A DNA stretch of 64,000 bases from Kudoa neothunni. Taxonomy: Eukaryota; Animalia; Cnidaria. The stretch is from NCBI GenBank assembly GCA_964304625.1, contig OZ199838.1, positions 7,582,035-7,646,034 of the forward strand. The letters run 5' to 3'. The notes under the pieces were generated by a model, which did not search any database, was not told the origin of the DNA, and worked only from the letters and a program-made list of their open reading frames with translations. Within the stretch, counting starts at the first letter, position 1, and every line of letters starts with the position of its first letter. Position numbers and translations under genes: made by a program. Shown piece after piece: positions 51,317 to 64,000 of the stretch.

Positions 51317-51658
51317 TGAAGAAAAAATGTAGCTCCGAATAGGATTAGTTATTACTTAGTTACAATAATGACCAAATTATTTCCACTTAACAGCACCTAT
51401 CAATGCCATAATTACAACTTAATTATATTTAGATAGAAATAAAGCTCGAGTAACCTTTCAAAGTGATTTATTTTACATTAGCGGAGTCTTAGTGGTCAAT
51501 CGATGCTACATGTTTAACATAAGGAAATACCAACCTATAATTTTTCGGTAAAGAATCATGATTTAATTGAAAGCAGAAAATATAATTGATGTTAATCGTA
51601 CTAAATATGTAAAAAGTTTTATTGATTACATAAATAGGTTCATTTCAATGTGGACTTC

Positions 51659-52507
51659 GACGGTGGCTATTGACAGGATAATGAATTTCTCCTAAATTAC
51701 TAATATTTCAAGTCTGTAATTTTATATATGTTTTAACATATTTCTATCTCCTAAAATATCTATTTATGCTACAAAAATTTTTGATTGACTTCTCTATTAA
51801 TACTGGAAAAACTAGGTTTAGTTTAAAGAAAATTGGAAAGTTCGAATTATTACATTTGTCTCATATAAACAATAATTAAGTGAATATTGATTAATAATAA
51901 TAATTTCAGGAAGAAAATTTTTAAAATTAAAGTAATATATTTGCGGCGCATGTACGAAAAATAGCAAATAGAACCGATGTTGATATATTTGAAATAGGTA
52001 AAAAATTTGACTCATTTACGCGATTAGAAGAGTTTATACATAAGTTTGAACAGCAACCATGCTGTGCCTTAATTAAGCGTGACTCAAAAAACTATCAAAC
52101 CTAAAGCGAGTCCTAACAAAAAAATTCAACGAAAACTTAAATTATTACTCAGTCAAATGTTTGTTATTTTAGTGGCCAGTACCGAGACAGGTCAAAGCGC
52201 GTTCGAGAAAAGAAAACCATGAAGGGCACCTGTCCTGTTCATGTGTCACTAAGAGTAAGTTCAGACGGACAAACGCTTTAAATAAAATCACTCAGTTTAA
52301 GCCACAATTATGAAACAAACCAAACGTTTTTTAAACTTTTGCCACCACAACCAAAGTTGGATCGTAATGATCAAAGAGTGTCGGGACTAGTTTCTTTGTG
52401 CGCCATCAAAAAATTGATTCAATCCAAAATCCAATAAGAACCCAATAAAATGATAACATTGAAGTCTATACATAATATCAAAATAATCCATCCATACAGA
52501 AGATTGA
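51659..52507 (+). mobile_element. MULE 5' fragment related to 6832-9340
   Basis: End GACGGTGGCTATTG resembles the 6832 TIR. Decayed peptide GTCPVHVSLRVSSDGQ...HNYE...LPPQPKL...KKLIQ...ITLKSIHNIK. Confidence 0.65.
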
Positions 52508-52509
52508 TA

Positions 52510-55500
52510 CAGTATTTCAAGACCTAAATGCAACGGTGTCGGATCATAATTCATCACAGCGTAACGTCACAACAAGAAAATATGTTTCTTTAGACGACAC
52601 AAAGAAAAAAATTATCAATACGTTATCTAAAGTATATAGCGTTAGTTAAACTATATTTGAGAGACGTTAAGGAAAATTATACCTATGGCCGAATTGTTAC
52701 AACAATTGGCGTTCATAAATCAACAATTTCACGGTTCCTAAAAAAAGAATTCGAAGGGGATGATGGTGGTAATGAGGCCGATGAAGAATGCATTCCTAAG
52801 AAAAGATGTAGGGGCAGGAGGTCAAGATTGACATTCGCCCATAAATCATATATCCAAAGTTTAGTTGATGAAGATTGCACAATTACATTAGACTCAATCG
52901 CCAAGAAACTACAAGAACATAATATTGGTGTTTCTAGACAGACTATTGCTAATTGTTTAAACCAGTTCCATTACACCCTCAAAAAATTTTCAATTGTACC
53001 GATTGCGAGAAATTCTCAGGATTGCATATCATAACGCAAAAAGTGTTTTTATTAATTAACAATAAACATTATATTTATAAGTTATGTTTAGAGTAACTAC
53101 AGTAGGTAACCGGTTTTCCGTAGTAACTGATTTTCGGTAACTTCGGCATTTCTTCATTTAAAATATTATTTGAATATTTTAAACCATATATTTGATTTTA
53201 TTTGTATTTTTTAAGAATAATCTGTAAAAATTTTAAAAAATTGAACATTGGAAAAGCGTTTTTGCCTATTTTTTGCACTTGACCGATTTTCCGTAACTTT
53301 TTGACTACGAGCAAATTTGCCATCGCGTATTTTTTCACCTTTTTAATGCCTAGTAAAATTAAAAATAGAAAAACTAGCAAAGAAAAATACGAAATTATTA
53401 AGTTCTTCGAAAGTTTACCTAACAGAAGTGCCAAAACTACTACTGTTTGTAAATTTGAGCTTCCCTCCATTTCTACTCTTGATGGCATCTTGAGCAAGAA
53501 GGAAGATATAGGTTTATCTTATGAAACGGGTTTAGCCTCTTCTAAGAGAAAAAATCTTAAGCAAGGTACAAACAACGATATCGATAATTTAGTGTATGAC
53601 TGGGTGAATTCCTTGAGATAAAAAAAATTGAATTATCTGCTCACGATATCATACATAAAAGGAACCAATTGGCACAAGAATTGAACATAAACGTTGAAGT
53701 GACCCATGGTTGGTTTCGTGGTTTTAAATCCCGAGTTAATTTAATAAATATCACCTTCCATGGTGATGCTGCTTATGTTGAATCAAGTGTTATAGAAAAT
53801 TAGCACTCTAAATTGAATAACTTAGTCAAAGGTTACGACGCTGAGTCTATCTATAATCTAGACGAAACTGCGCTGTTTTACCAGTAACAAAGAGGTATAT
53901 CACTTTAAATACTTATGTATTAATATTTTTAAAGAAAAAACTATGTTTCGTCACTAGAGACAAATTCTAACTGAGAAAAATAGTCTAAAAAAAGAATCGC
54001 CGTTTTGCTTTGTGCTTCTATGTCTGGAGATCGCACTGAACCTCTTGTTATAGGATACCACAAAAACCCCCGTCGCTTTAAGAATGTTAAAACATTGCCA
54101 GTAAAATATGAGTCAAATAAGAAGACTTGGATGACGAGAGAGATATTTATGAAATATCTTGTTAATTTGAATAATTTGTTTAAAACGAAAAGCAAAAAAG
54201 TTTTTCTTTTTCTCGATAATGCAACATGCCACCTGGAAATTCAATTGTCTAATATCTCACTTATATTCCTCCCAAAGAATTCGACTAGCGTTTTGCAACC
54301 TTTGGACCAGGGCGTAATTTTTTCATTTAAATCAAACTACGAAAGTAATTTGATAGAAAGCCATATTTTGCAGCTCGCAGTGGTATAAATACATCTCCGC
54401 CAGATTTACTTCAGTCCATGTTTTTAATTGAAAACTCGTGGAATAATGTTTCAAAGGATACCATATTTAATTGCTCCAAAAAATCTGGGTTTCCTGTAGC
54501 CGATGAGTGCGAGCATTCATCATGTATCAATATGAGCAGTAGTGAGTTCTCAGCTGAAATTTCTGAAATGATCCAAGAGGAAACCATCATGCCTACATCA
54601 AAAAACTTTGACGAACCTTCTCCTTGGATTGTTGAACCTGCTAATTAAAATGGTAATGATACTGAAACTGAAGATGAAGATGAGGATGTGGTGGAATATA
54701 TATCATCAAAAGATGTATTTAAATGTTTAAACACGTTAAAGAAATACACAATGGAGAAAGGAATTGATTGTCTCGATGGATAATAATTAATTTAGATCGC
54801 AAAATTACAAAATATATGTATAAAAATAAAACTCCAAATAAAATAAAATATTTTTTCAATAAAAATACGTGAGTATGTATGGTATGATATAAATTTTCTT
54901 AAAATATTTCTAATTTTATTCCCTGTACACGCATAAAATTACGGAAAATACATCATTGACGCGTTTCCAGTAACTTTTCATCGGTCCCAAGAGGATTACG
55001 GAAAATAAGTTACCTACTGTACAATGTAAACCACTCCATTTTCCTGTAATTTACATTGATGAGTCTAGCTTCTCACTTTCTATGAGACGAACATTTGGAA
55101 GGTCACTTTCAGTTTCAAGAGCGAACCTGAAAGTAAAAAGTATTCGATCCAAAAACATCACATTGGTAGCCGCTATTAGCTCTGAAAAAGTTTGGACATT
55201 TCAGCTGGTAAGTGGCCCCGTGAATCAGCAAGTTTTCTTTACTTTTATAAAAAAACTTCTTGATGATCTAGCGAACGATGAAATTCAAAGTGCATTGTTA
55301 ATTATGGACAATGTATGGTTTAATAAAACCGATCTTATTCGACAAAGAATTGATTTAAGTGGACACAAACTTTTGTTTCTGCCTCCGTATTCACCATGCA
55401 ACATCAAATGTCCGAAGAAAAGCGTCCGCAAATACAGATGAATTAATGGAAGCTATCTTGAATCGTCCTGATGAAATAATACCTTCCTAACTTCAAAATT

Positions 55501-55651
55501 ATTCTAATCACGCAGAGTCGTATTTTCCAAGATGTTTAAATATGGAAGAAATAGAAAACTAATACTTATATGCGTTAATTTATTAATCCATTTTGACACA
55601 TCACTGTTGCATTTTGATCCGACGCTGTTGTATTTAGGTCTTGAAATACTG
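52510..55651 (+). mobile_element. Tc1/IS630-type transposon, defective, interrupted by a pogo/Tigger element
   Basis: TA^CAGTATTTCAAGACCTAAAT ... ATTTAGGTCTTGAAATACTG^TA. HTH ORF at 52657-53034. YIDESSF, IMDNV and FLPPYSP follow after 55050. Confidence 0.9.
53100..55019 (+). mobile_element. pogo/Tigger full-length element, defective, nested in Tc1
   Basis: TA^CAGTAGGTAAC ... GTTACCTACTG^TA. Motifs GWFRGFK, LDETALFY, FLDNATCH, LQPLDQGVI. Confidence 0.92.
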
Positions 55652-56847
55652 TATTGTTACGCATTGCATTTTACATAGATATGCATTAGCAACAAAGAAT
55701 ATGCCTCCAAGGCTGGCAGAAGTGTTGAAAATCGTTATCGATTGTCTAAATTTTGTGAGGCATAGTGCTTTTAATCATCGAATCTTCAAATATTTGTACA
55801 AGAAGTGGATTCCTAACTTAAATACTTTTGTTTTATTCACATGTGAGGTGGCTAGCTCGAGGAAAAGTATTAAACCGCGTGTTTACATTGCGAAAGGAAA
55901 TAGGTGTATTTTTGCTGGAGTGTAACCAATGCCATGCTCAATGTTTCAATAATTTAGAATTTACTCTTCTTTTGGCATACATGGCTGATATTTTTGGTTC
56001 CATAAATTGTTTGAATCAGCAGATGCATGGAAGTATAATCAACATCATTGAGACAGAGGAGTATCTTAATGCATTTCAAATATAATTATCTTTATACAAA
56101 CGAAGAATAATGGTCGACAATTATGCAAACTTTCCACTTTTAGACGATATTTGTAATATTAGTGGCGGTGATAACAACGAATTGACCATTTTACTTTTTG
56201 AATTAAAGGAAATAATTGCTGCACATTTAGAAGAACTTTTTAACTCACTCGATGGTTATTTCCCTTCTAAAAATTCATTTCTCGATTGGGTGAGGCATCC
56301 ATTTAGCTTTGAAACTTCAGCTGAGGATACCAATAATAAATACCTTCATGAACTTATCAAACTTCAACACAACAAAGTTCAAAAACAACTTTTCGAACAA
56401 GTTTCACCATCAATATTATGGATAAGTCAAAAGATGAAATATCCTACAATTTCGAAGAAGGCTTTGGAAGTTTTGATTCCTTTCGTAACAACTTACCTTC
56501 GTGAACAATCATTTTCAAGACTGGTCACCATAAAAAATAAGTTACGAAATAAGCTTTTCTGTGAGAGCGATATACGGATTGCTCTCTCCAACATTTTTCC
56601 TCGTATTACGGAATTGGTTGCAAAAAAACAAGAACAAAAATCGCACTAATTAGTTTTATATTAATTTAATTTTTACATTTTGCAATTTTTATGATGTGCC
56701 AAATACTGATTAAATTATAATCCATAATTAGTTATAATTCATGTTATTTAAATTTTAAAAAATAAAAACTTTTAAGTTTGGGGGTACGACGAGGCATGCT
56801 ATAGGGTAGTAAGGGCTCGGCGACTTCCAAAAGGTTATAGGCCACTG
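55652..56847 (+). mobile_element. 3' half of a hAT/Buster element, same family as 45003-47323
   Basis: ORFs are nearly identical to 45177-46170 in the opposite orientation. Degenerate TIR GGTTATAGGCCACTG ends at 56847. Confidence 0.9.
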
Positions 56848-58111
56848 CAATAAATTAACTATAATGATAAATTGTTTATAAGGAAATTACTCAGCTATAG
56901 CAATATTATTAAGTTTTCTGACAATTATATTGTATACTTCTCGTTCAATATCCGTTTGATGTTTATAACTATTTCAACTTTGATATTTCAAATAATGTCT
57001 TAAATCAGGCAAATGAGAGAGGCAATTTAGGACGGAATAATTTCTCGTGTTCTATAGTCATTTAAGAAACTTGTCATCTCTGTGACAATTACCATCACTT
57101 ATAAAATCAGTAATTTCGGCGTCATTTTCAATATTGTTTCCGCTCCACGCCTTCGCTGGTTTTGGAGAACTTTATTATTTTATATTCCTCTTTAGTGTCC
57201 TAGCTCAATTTTTATTTCTGCCCTCCGTCTCACCACCAATCGAAAACAAAAATCTCAACACACCCGAAAGTTACGAATCACATGTCATTACAAAATAATC
57301 CAGAAAAACCTAATTAATTAATTTAAAAATATTTTATTTATATTCATAATGGTCAAATAAATGTTTTTAAGTGGTTCGAGAAATAAATAACTTATTATAA
57401 TCTTATGTGTACGTTAATTTTGTTATATTTCCTCAAATTACAAACTACTCGTCACTACGAACCACACATCACCCACCGTGTTATGCTTCATTCATTTTCT
57501 AATTATTGATTCCATAATGTCTTTAGTTTTAATAGAAAATTAAATTTAGTCTGAATTAACAATATATGCACATATCAAAGTATATCATGCACTCATTCAA
57601 GTGTAGTCTTCGTGAACTATTGAATCACAAAAAGTTAAATCTTTATTGACAGTCAAGAAATTACATAATAATTATAACATCAATTAATTCATTATTATGT
57701 AAGTTTAAGAGTTTGATGTAATTTAATTAAGTTTAAGTTCTATTTATGCAGGGTCTCGCGAGACCCTGCTTGGGCAAAAGCGTTCTTTCAAATCGGTTGG
57801 TCCCGGATGGGCGATATTTTATCATTGAAATGTACAATATCACCCAAAAAGAGTATAAATAGTTTTAGAAATATAAAGTTAGAAATATTTTTATTCGGCT
57901 GTGTTTATAGTTCCGTTTTACGAAAAACACAAAAAAATAAAGATTTAAAAGAATTTCATGTTATCCATTAAAAATAAAAATAATTTTTGGTATTATGTAT
58001 GAATATAATTGTTAGTATCGTTTTATATCTCCGATATGTTGGAAAAATACCTATGGAACTGAGAACTGAGGTAACATGAGAAGCTTAAGAATCAATTAAA
58101 ATGTGGTTATA

Positions 58112-59395
58112 CAGGGTATTTCATAATAAATTGAACACATTTCAAAAATAATCGGACAAACGACGGAAACAAAAGGATTTATTTTTAATCAGGAAAAGTA
58201 ATTTATTTTTGTTGTGATTAATTGGTTTTAAGAAATTATGGTATAGTTTTGTTAATATATTATTAAGGCATAATAGACGAAAAAAATATAAAACGATCGA
58301 CCAGTCATTATATGATCAAATTGAGACTCCTACAACAAGAGTCCGTAAAAAAAATATTCGAAATTACTGATTTAGGAAGATCCCAAATATATAAAATCAA
58401 ATCTTTTATTGAGACCAACCAAGAAGCCCACAGCTACGATGCATTTGCACAAAAAAGGGCGTCATCCGAAAAATAATACGATTCTCGAAAACAAAGTGAG
58501 AGAAATCGTTGGTCGAGATAACAGCCTAACACAAATCGGCATAAAAAAACTACTCTCGAGAGATGTAAACCTTCCCAATAGTACTGTATGCAGACTGATA
58601 AAATCCGCTGAACTAACGAGAAAACGGCTTAAACTAAAGGCCTCCGTTATTTGGACGGATTCTCACAAAAGAACGGTAGCAGAATATGCTTCCAAGACTA
58701 TAGGTCTGAGGAGAAAGAACATTGTTTTTCTTGGACGAATGCATATTCATTCTCCACGCATCGAATAATTATGGCTACTCGGAACCCAACAAAGACTCTA
58801 TCGTCATGGCACGCCCTTCTAGAGGACGAAATATATCGTTATGCGCTATTTTTTTCATTCAATGAATAATTGGCCATAAAATTCTGGATGGTGGATTTGA
58901 TAGGACCCAATTTCTTGAATTTCTCGAACAAATGATTTTAGAACGAAAAATCTCTCCTGGAGTTGTTCTTGTCATGGATAACGTTAGGTTTGATCACGTA
59001 CAAGAGGTAAAAAGTCTGATGAGTATTAACTCAATTGAATGCCTATATTTTCCGTCGTATTCTCCTCAGCTAAATCCTATTGAGAACGTGTTTCCTGTTT
59101 TAAAGACAAAAGTCTCAAGTTTCCACCCAAGAGCCTAAAGTAGAGATGTTTTGGTTGATTATACCTTAAAATCCATGAATGAATTTAACCAAAACGACAC
59201 AATTTTTTTTGAACTTTTTCAGAAAAACGTGGGACAATGTACATGAAGGATTAAACAATTAAATAGAACAACATGAGCTATTTTCCCTAACTTCGAGTTT
59301 ATAGATATAACCAGTATTTTTTCTTAATTTCGAATTATGTCTACCGCGCTTTTGATTAATTTCGATATGTGTCCGATTTATTATGAAACACCCTG
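58112..59395 (+). mobile_element. Tc1/mariner (IS630-like DD34E-type) element, defective
   Basis: TA^CAGGGTATTTCATAATAAAT ... ATTTATTATGAAACACCCTG^TA. Motifs VFLDE, VMDNVRFD, PSYSPQLNPIENVF. Frameshifted. Confidence 0.9.
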
Positions 59396-59656
59396 TAATA
59401 TACCTATGAAAATTACGCAAACATTTAAAGTGACTATTTGCATGGTAAATAACATTCAGATGTCACTAGTTTTTACTATAGTTAATTATTTCTGGTCTTT
59501 CGCCTCGTTCTCAAGGGAAAACATAATTAAATATAGCCAATTCCAAAAAAATAAATCTTCATAGAACTTATTATTAAAAATTGTCATTGTGCAGGCGTAC
59601 ATGCTGTTTAGGATTAAAATTTACCATGTAAACAGTCCCTACCAAATTAAACGTTA

Positions 59657-59665
59657 GCGCATGCG
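59657..59665 (+). promoter_or_regulatory. GCGCATGCG (NRF1-like) motif just upstream of the TRMT2A start
   Basis: GC-rich near-palindrome 15 nt before ATG 59680. Related motifs lie upstream of four other genes. Function is inferred. Confidence 0.4.
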
Positions 59666-59679
59666 TTCTGAGTTAACAC

Positions 59680-62217
59680 ATGGACCCTAACACGGACAAT
59701 AGTAGTAAATTGAATGAAAACTCACCTCAAACTACTGAACCAGGGTAAATTAACTCAAAATATTAAAATATTGTCATAACATTTGATAGTGAAATTCGTC
59801 ATGAATTAGTTTTTTTCAACCTTCCCCGCTATTTATCAATAAAAGTGAGCTTTTCCATTTAAATGTTTTTTATATTCACAAAAATAAATAGGACTTTAAG
59901 AATTTTGTTACTAAGTTGAATATCAAAATTGGACGGACAGTCTTTCCTTCTCGTTCAAACAAATGTTACATCACATTGAAGTATCCCTCTGTTCATCAAT
60001 ATTTCACACCGTTTATTCTAGGACCGAAGAAGATAAAGCTGTAACAGAATGTTTCACTTTCTAAATATAGCGTTTTTGGCTATAGGAAGCAGAATGCATA
60101 ATTGAAGCGAATAAACCAATAACTTATAAGGGAAACCAGTTGGAATATAAGTTTATTCAGAATAGGATTCCGTGTACGAGATGAATGTTTGTCATTAAAA
60201 ATTATAATAGTTGATAAAGCGTCACACATTGTCGCAGCAGATACAACAAACACACACACATACACGGAAGATGAACTTAAGATTAAGTATGCAGTTGGAA
60301 TGGTGTTAAAAATGCTATTTTTAACCTAAGATTATACGAAGCAATTGCACCTTATTGGGATATTGCTTACGATTCACAATTAAAAGTTATTATTTTTGTT
60401 CCTCTTTTTTGAACATTCTATATGTTAAATTAGCTCAAAAATAGGATGATCAGGGATGTATTAACAAAATTGGCCAAATTGTTAAAGAAAAAATTTTCCG
60501 TATTGTGCATGATTATTTATTGGATTTTATTTCTATTCATGAAGTATCCATCTGATAAGTTTTTGAATAATACGCAAATGTAACATTTTGCTTATTTTTT
60601 CATTGTCAAAAATAAAGTTATCCATATAGTTCGGCAATACTTCACCCTATCATTGATTCAGTGAGCGGTTTATTTTCTAATTATATTATTCGATATAATT
60701 TTTAGCCAGTCTTAAAGTATTATCGCAATAAAATAACCTTAGGAGTGGGCCCCTCAGCAAATGACCCTAAAAAAGTATGTGTTGGTTTTAGAATTGGGAA
60801 ACTTAAAGGTATGTAATATCGTTTTCAATCTAATCAGTAATTATATGCAAAACCTGCCAACAGGGGGCTCATTCAACTATTTGTGTGATGATGTCCCTAC
60901 TATGAAACGCATAGTGGTGAAAATTGCCAAGGTAAACAACATAACAACACACATAATTACCAAACTGTTCATCTTTGTGTATTATGTACATTTTAACTAT
61001 AGATAACTGAAAAAATTGTCAATTTAAGTGAATTGCCTGGTGATATTGTTACAACGCATCATTTTGAAAAGTAAAAACAACTCCCCGACACATTTTTATT
61101 CAGATATAGGTATTGGTCTACAGTTACCTTAAGATTCAATCAAAATAATCAGCTGATGATTATATTTGAGATTTGTATAACTGATTACGATAAAACAGTA
61201 AATTTTTGGATCATAACTTTGCTTCCTCCTTAAAACTGGTCAAGTTGTATGCCCGAGTCAAAGATTTGATATATGAACAATTAATCAAAGATTGGGACGA
61301 TGAGATCGAAATTGTTTCGGCTTATATATGCTTCAGCAGAACCAGCAAGTTTGTTAATATTGTTATTATTAATTGGACCTTTTTCATCGATTGTGTTCGT
61401 GTACCTTTAGATCAACCCTACCCAAAATCTCCTATCCTCGATATGAATGTTTTCATGGTGATAAGGTAATAGGAAATCATCATTCCTTATGTCAATCTTA
61501 ATTATCCAAATTATTAGTATCTATTAGAAAATTTGTTTGGTTACAAATTCCGAATATCACCTGATTCATTCTTCCAAAGTAATATTTAAAAAAACTAAGC
61601 AAATTCCAATGTCATTAACGAGCTTGCAGCAAACACTAAGGGAGCTGAAAAACTGTATCAAATTCTGATTGATGATATTACCAGTTACAAAGAGAAGAAC
61701 CTACCTAGCAAATTATTATTATTGGATGTGTGCTGTGGTACAGGCACAATAGGGATTTCGTTGGCTAGTGTAATCATTTTTCTTGCAAAATCCAAGTTTT
61801 TATGATTTATAAACTGGTCTAAAAGGTGGTTGATCAAGTTTATGGGGTAGAAATAGTTCCTAACGCCATAGAAGATGCTCTCCATAATGCTACACTCAAT
61901 AACGTTTCAAATATATCTTTTATTTGCAATGACGTACGCGACATAATAAACGATAAATGGATGAGTAGTTTACAGGAAGATTGTGACGCTACTAAACCGT
62001 TAAAAATTATTGCCGTTGTTGATCCACCAAGAGCTGGTTTAGGTAACTCGTGTGTAGGCAATTGACGTGGATTTAATTTTTAATTTTCCTGCCAACACAT
62101 TTTTCCATTGATTCACTTAGATCCAAAAGTGATTAGATGTTTAAGAAAGAATAATTTCGTCAGCCGAATACTGTTTGTTGCCTGTGATCCTCAGGCTATT
62201 ATACCCAACATTGCGGA
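59680..62217 (+). CDS. TRMT2A: tRNA (uracil-5-)-methyltransferase homolog A, multi-exon; last exon(s) not found in the window
   Basis: ELVFFNLPRY (RRM-like), IAPYWDIAYDSQLK, YYRNKITLGVG...VGFRIGK, FRISPDSFFQTNT, LLDVCCGTGTIGISLA, VDPPRAGL, FVACDP. Confidence 0.92.
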
Positions 62218-62235
62218 GTAATTTCATCGTGTTAA

Positions 62236-63946
62236 CCCTTCGTTGCACGTTAAGGCTTAACGTGGTTGTGTCTCTGGACTCATTAAACTTTATTTTGCGG
62301 CTGAAATGCCGAAGACATGCTGCTTATCATATTTTTATTTACGTAAAATTTCAATGAAAACTTAATCCTTTCATTCCCAAATTTTTTGTTTGTTCCGAAA
62401 ATAATACACTGCCTGAAAATAGTTAGTTATTATTTAAAAAGTCAAAATGTCAAAAAATTTTTTGAGTCATCAACGAATTACAATAAAAATGAAAATTAAA
62501 TAAAAATCATGTTCGTACGTATCAAAAGAATGTATAAATTGCACGCTATCCTTATAATTTATTGAAATTTTATTTTGTATCTGATTTGTAAATTAAGGCT
62601 TAATATAATCACTATGCTTACATTGATCTTTTTTTGTTCATTTGTGCCAACTTCTCATTTTCCATACCGTTCCATATCTAAAAATATTAAAGGATGAAGC
62701 TTTTTAAAAGAGCTGAAACATTTTGAGTTTTAATGTATGTTTTCCCCTTGAAGAAGATATATAATTATAAGTACAGTAGGTAACCGGTTGTACGTAATCT
62801 CCTCGGACCGTAAAAAAATAGCGCGCGAGTGATCATTTATTTTACATTATATTGTAACATCTTATAATCAGAAAATCGTTAAATTTAATTAAAAAAACAA
62901 TGAAAATTGAAATTGTATTTATCATATATTATTGAAATGAAAAATAATTGGTTATTCTTTTTTGAGTTAAACTCTTTGAAATAATATCGTAAATGTCTTC
63001 ATCTAAGGAAGCCAAACTTATTGATTGTTTCCTTTCGTAATATTCAAAAAATATTTTCAAATCTTTTGCATATTCCAGTGCTTTCTTACAACTGACTGGT
63101 CTGTTGTCAGACGCTTCCATTGTTTGAATTTCGAAGTCGATTATATCGTTGTCAGTGTGGTTAACTTAATACATATAATAAATACTAGACAAATTAATAT
63201 TGAGGTGATCATTTAATGCAGACATCGAGGAAATCTTAAAATGTTTGGTTGTAGCAACCTTGGCATCATTATAAGGAAGGCTGGAGTAATATTTTATCAT
63301 ATTTTTCTTCGGCAGTTCTGTATTTTGACTTAGAATTATTACTCATTTTTAATAGTATAATATTTGAAAACCTAAAATCAACCACGAAAAATGGCGTACT
63401 ATCCGTAAGTCACGCGACAAACAAATGTGAATGTTCCGCAGTTTTTGATTTTAATTTTTAAATGTTTTGAACTTCAATCTAATCATAAAATTATTTTATA
63501 ACTTATTCTGAAATGATTACGCAAAATATTTTGAAAAAAGCAAATTGCGTACTATGGGTAACCTACTGTAATGACTTATCAGATAATACACAACAATAAT
63601 TCCTGTAAATATTTTTAAATTAATTTCTCGACTTTTCAATTATATATATATATATCAATATTTTTAAATTAAGACAAATTACGTTTTAACAATAATCATT
63701 TATGGATTATATTACGATTACACATAAAGTAAGTTACATTGTGTAAAATGGCTCTATTTCTAATTTTTAAATGCGTATGCTAATGTTAAATTTATTAAAA
63801 TTATTGTAATTTATTTTTGAATATATAAAAAAATCGCTTATTATTTTCAAATTATTTCGGAGAAAATATTCAAAATGGAGCGCTATAAGGGTACAAATTT
63901 TTCTCTTGTTCATTCGCAGTTTAAATAACCATTGGGAACGAAAGGG
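62236..63946. mobile_element. Putative non-autonomous piggyBac in a TRMT2A intron
   Basis: TTAA^CCCTTCGTT at the left end and AACGAAAGGG^TTAA at the right end. The pairing is imperfect and there is no ORF. Confidence 0.5.
62774..63568 (-). mobile_element. Internally deleted pogo/Tigger element
   Basis: TA^CAGTAGGTAACC ... GGTAACCTACTG^TA. Transposase C-terminal remnant ...LTQKRITNYF. Confidence 0.85.
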
Positions 63947-64000
63947 TTAAAAAACAACACTTTAAGCAGAATTATTTTTAATTATTTGGAGGAATAAACG

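Noticed and set aside
9683-59200. Stop-codon reassignment suggested by many in-frame stops in transposases
   Set aside because: The stops are of all three types and come with frameshifts. Host genes end normally in TAA, TAG or TGA and show no internal stops in resolved exons. This is ordinary decay.
1-64000. CRISPR array, prokaryotic operon or horizontally acquired bacterial gene
   Set aside because: There are no regularly spaced repeats. ADSS and TRMT2A are intron-containing eukaryotic types, and the IS630-like ORFs belong to eukaryotic Tc1/mariner elements.

Overview
AT-rich eukaryotic (animal) DNA. It is most consistent with a compact parasite genome such as a myxozoan cnidarian; this is inferred from 40-60 nt GT-AG introns, very divergent metazoan housekeeping proteins and a short tropomyosin-like protein. 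Ten host genes were reconstructed by hand: NCAPH (partial), ADSS/purA, NAA35/MAK10, TFIIA large subunit, a tropomyosin-like protein, SCAMP, ATP synthase F6, a degenerate RecA/RAD51-paralog-like gene, an RRM protein and TRMT2A (partial). Between them lies a dense field of decayed transposons (piggyBac, hAT/Buster, MULE, pogo/Tigger, Tc1/IS630, non-autonomous Helitrons) and one tRNA-derived SINE with a target-site duplication. No prokaryotic system (CRISPR, operon) is present. The most notable observations are the SINE, a GCGCATGCG-like motif upstream of five host genes, two nested transposon stacks whose flanks do not match, host-sized micro-introns inside transposases, an inverted composite Helitron pair, and two piggyBac copies identical only over their dead ORF. 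Exon boundaries were read by eye and are approximate.
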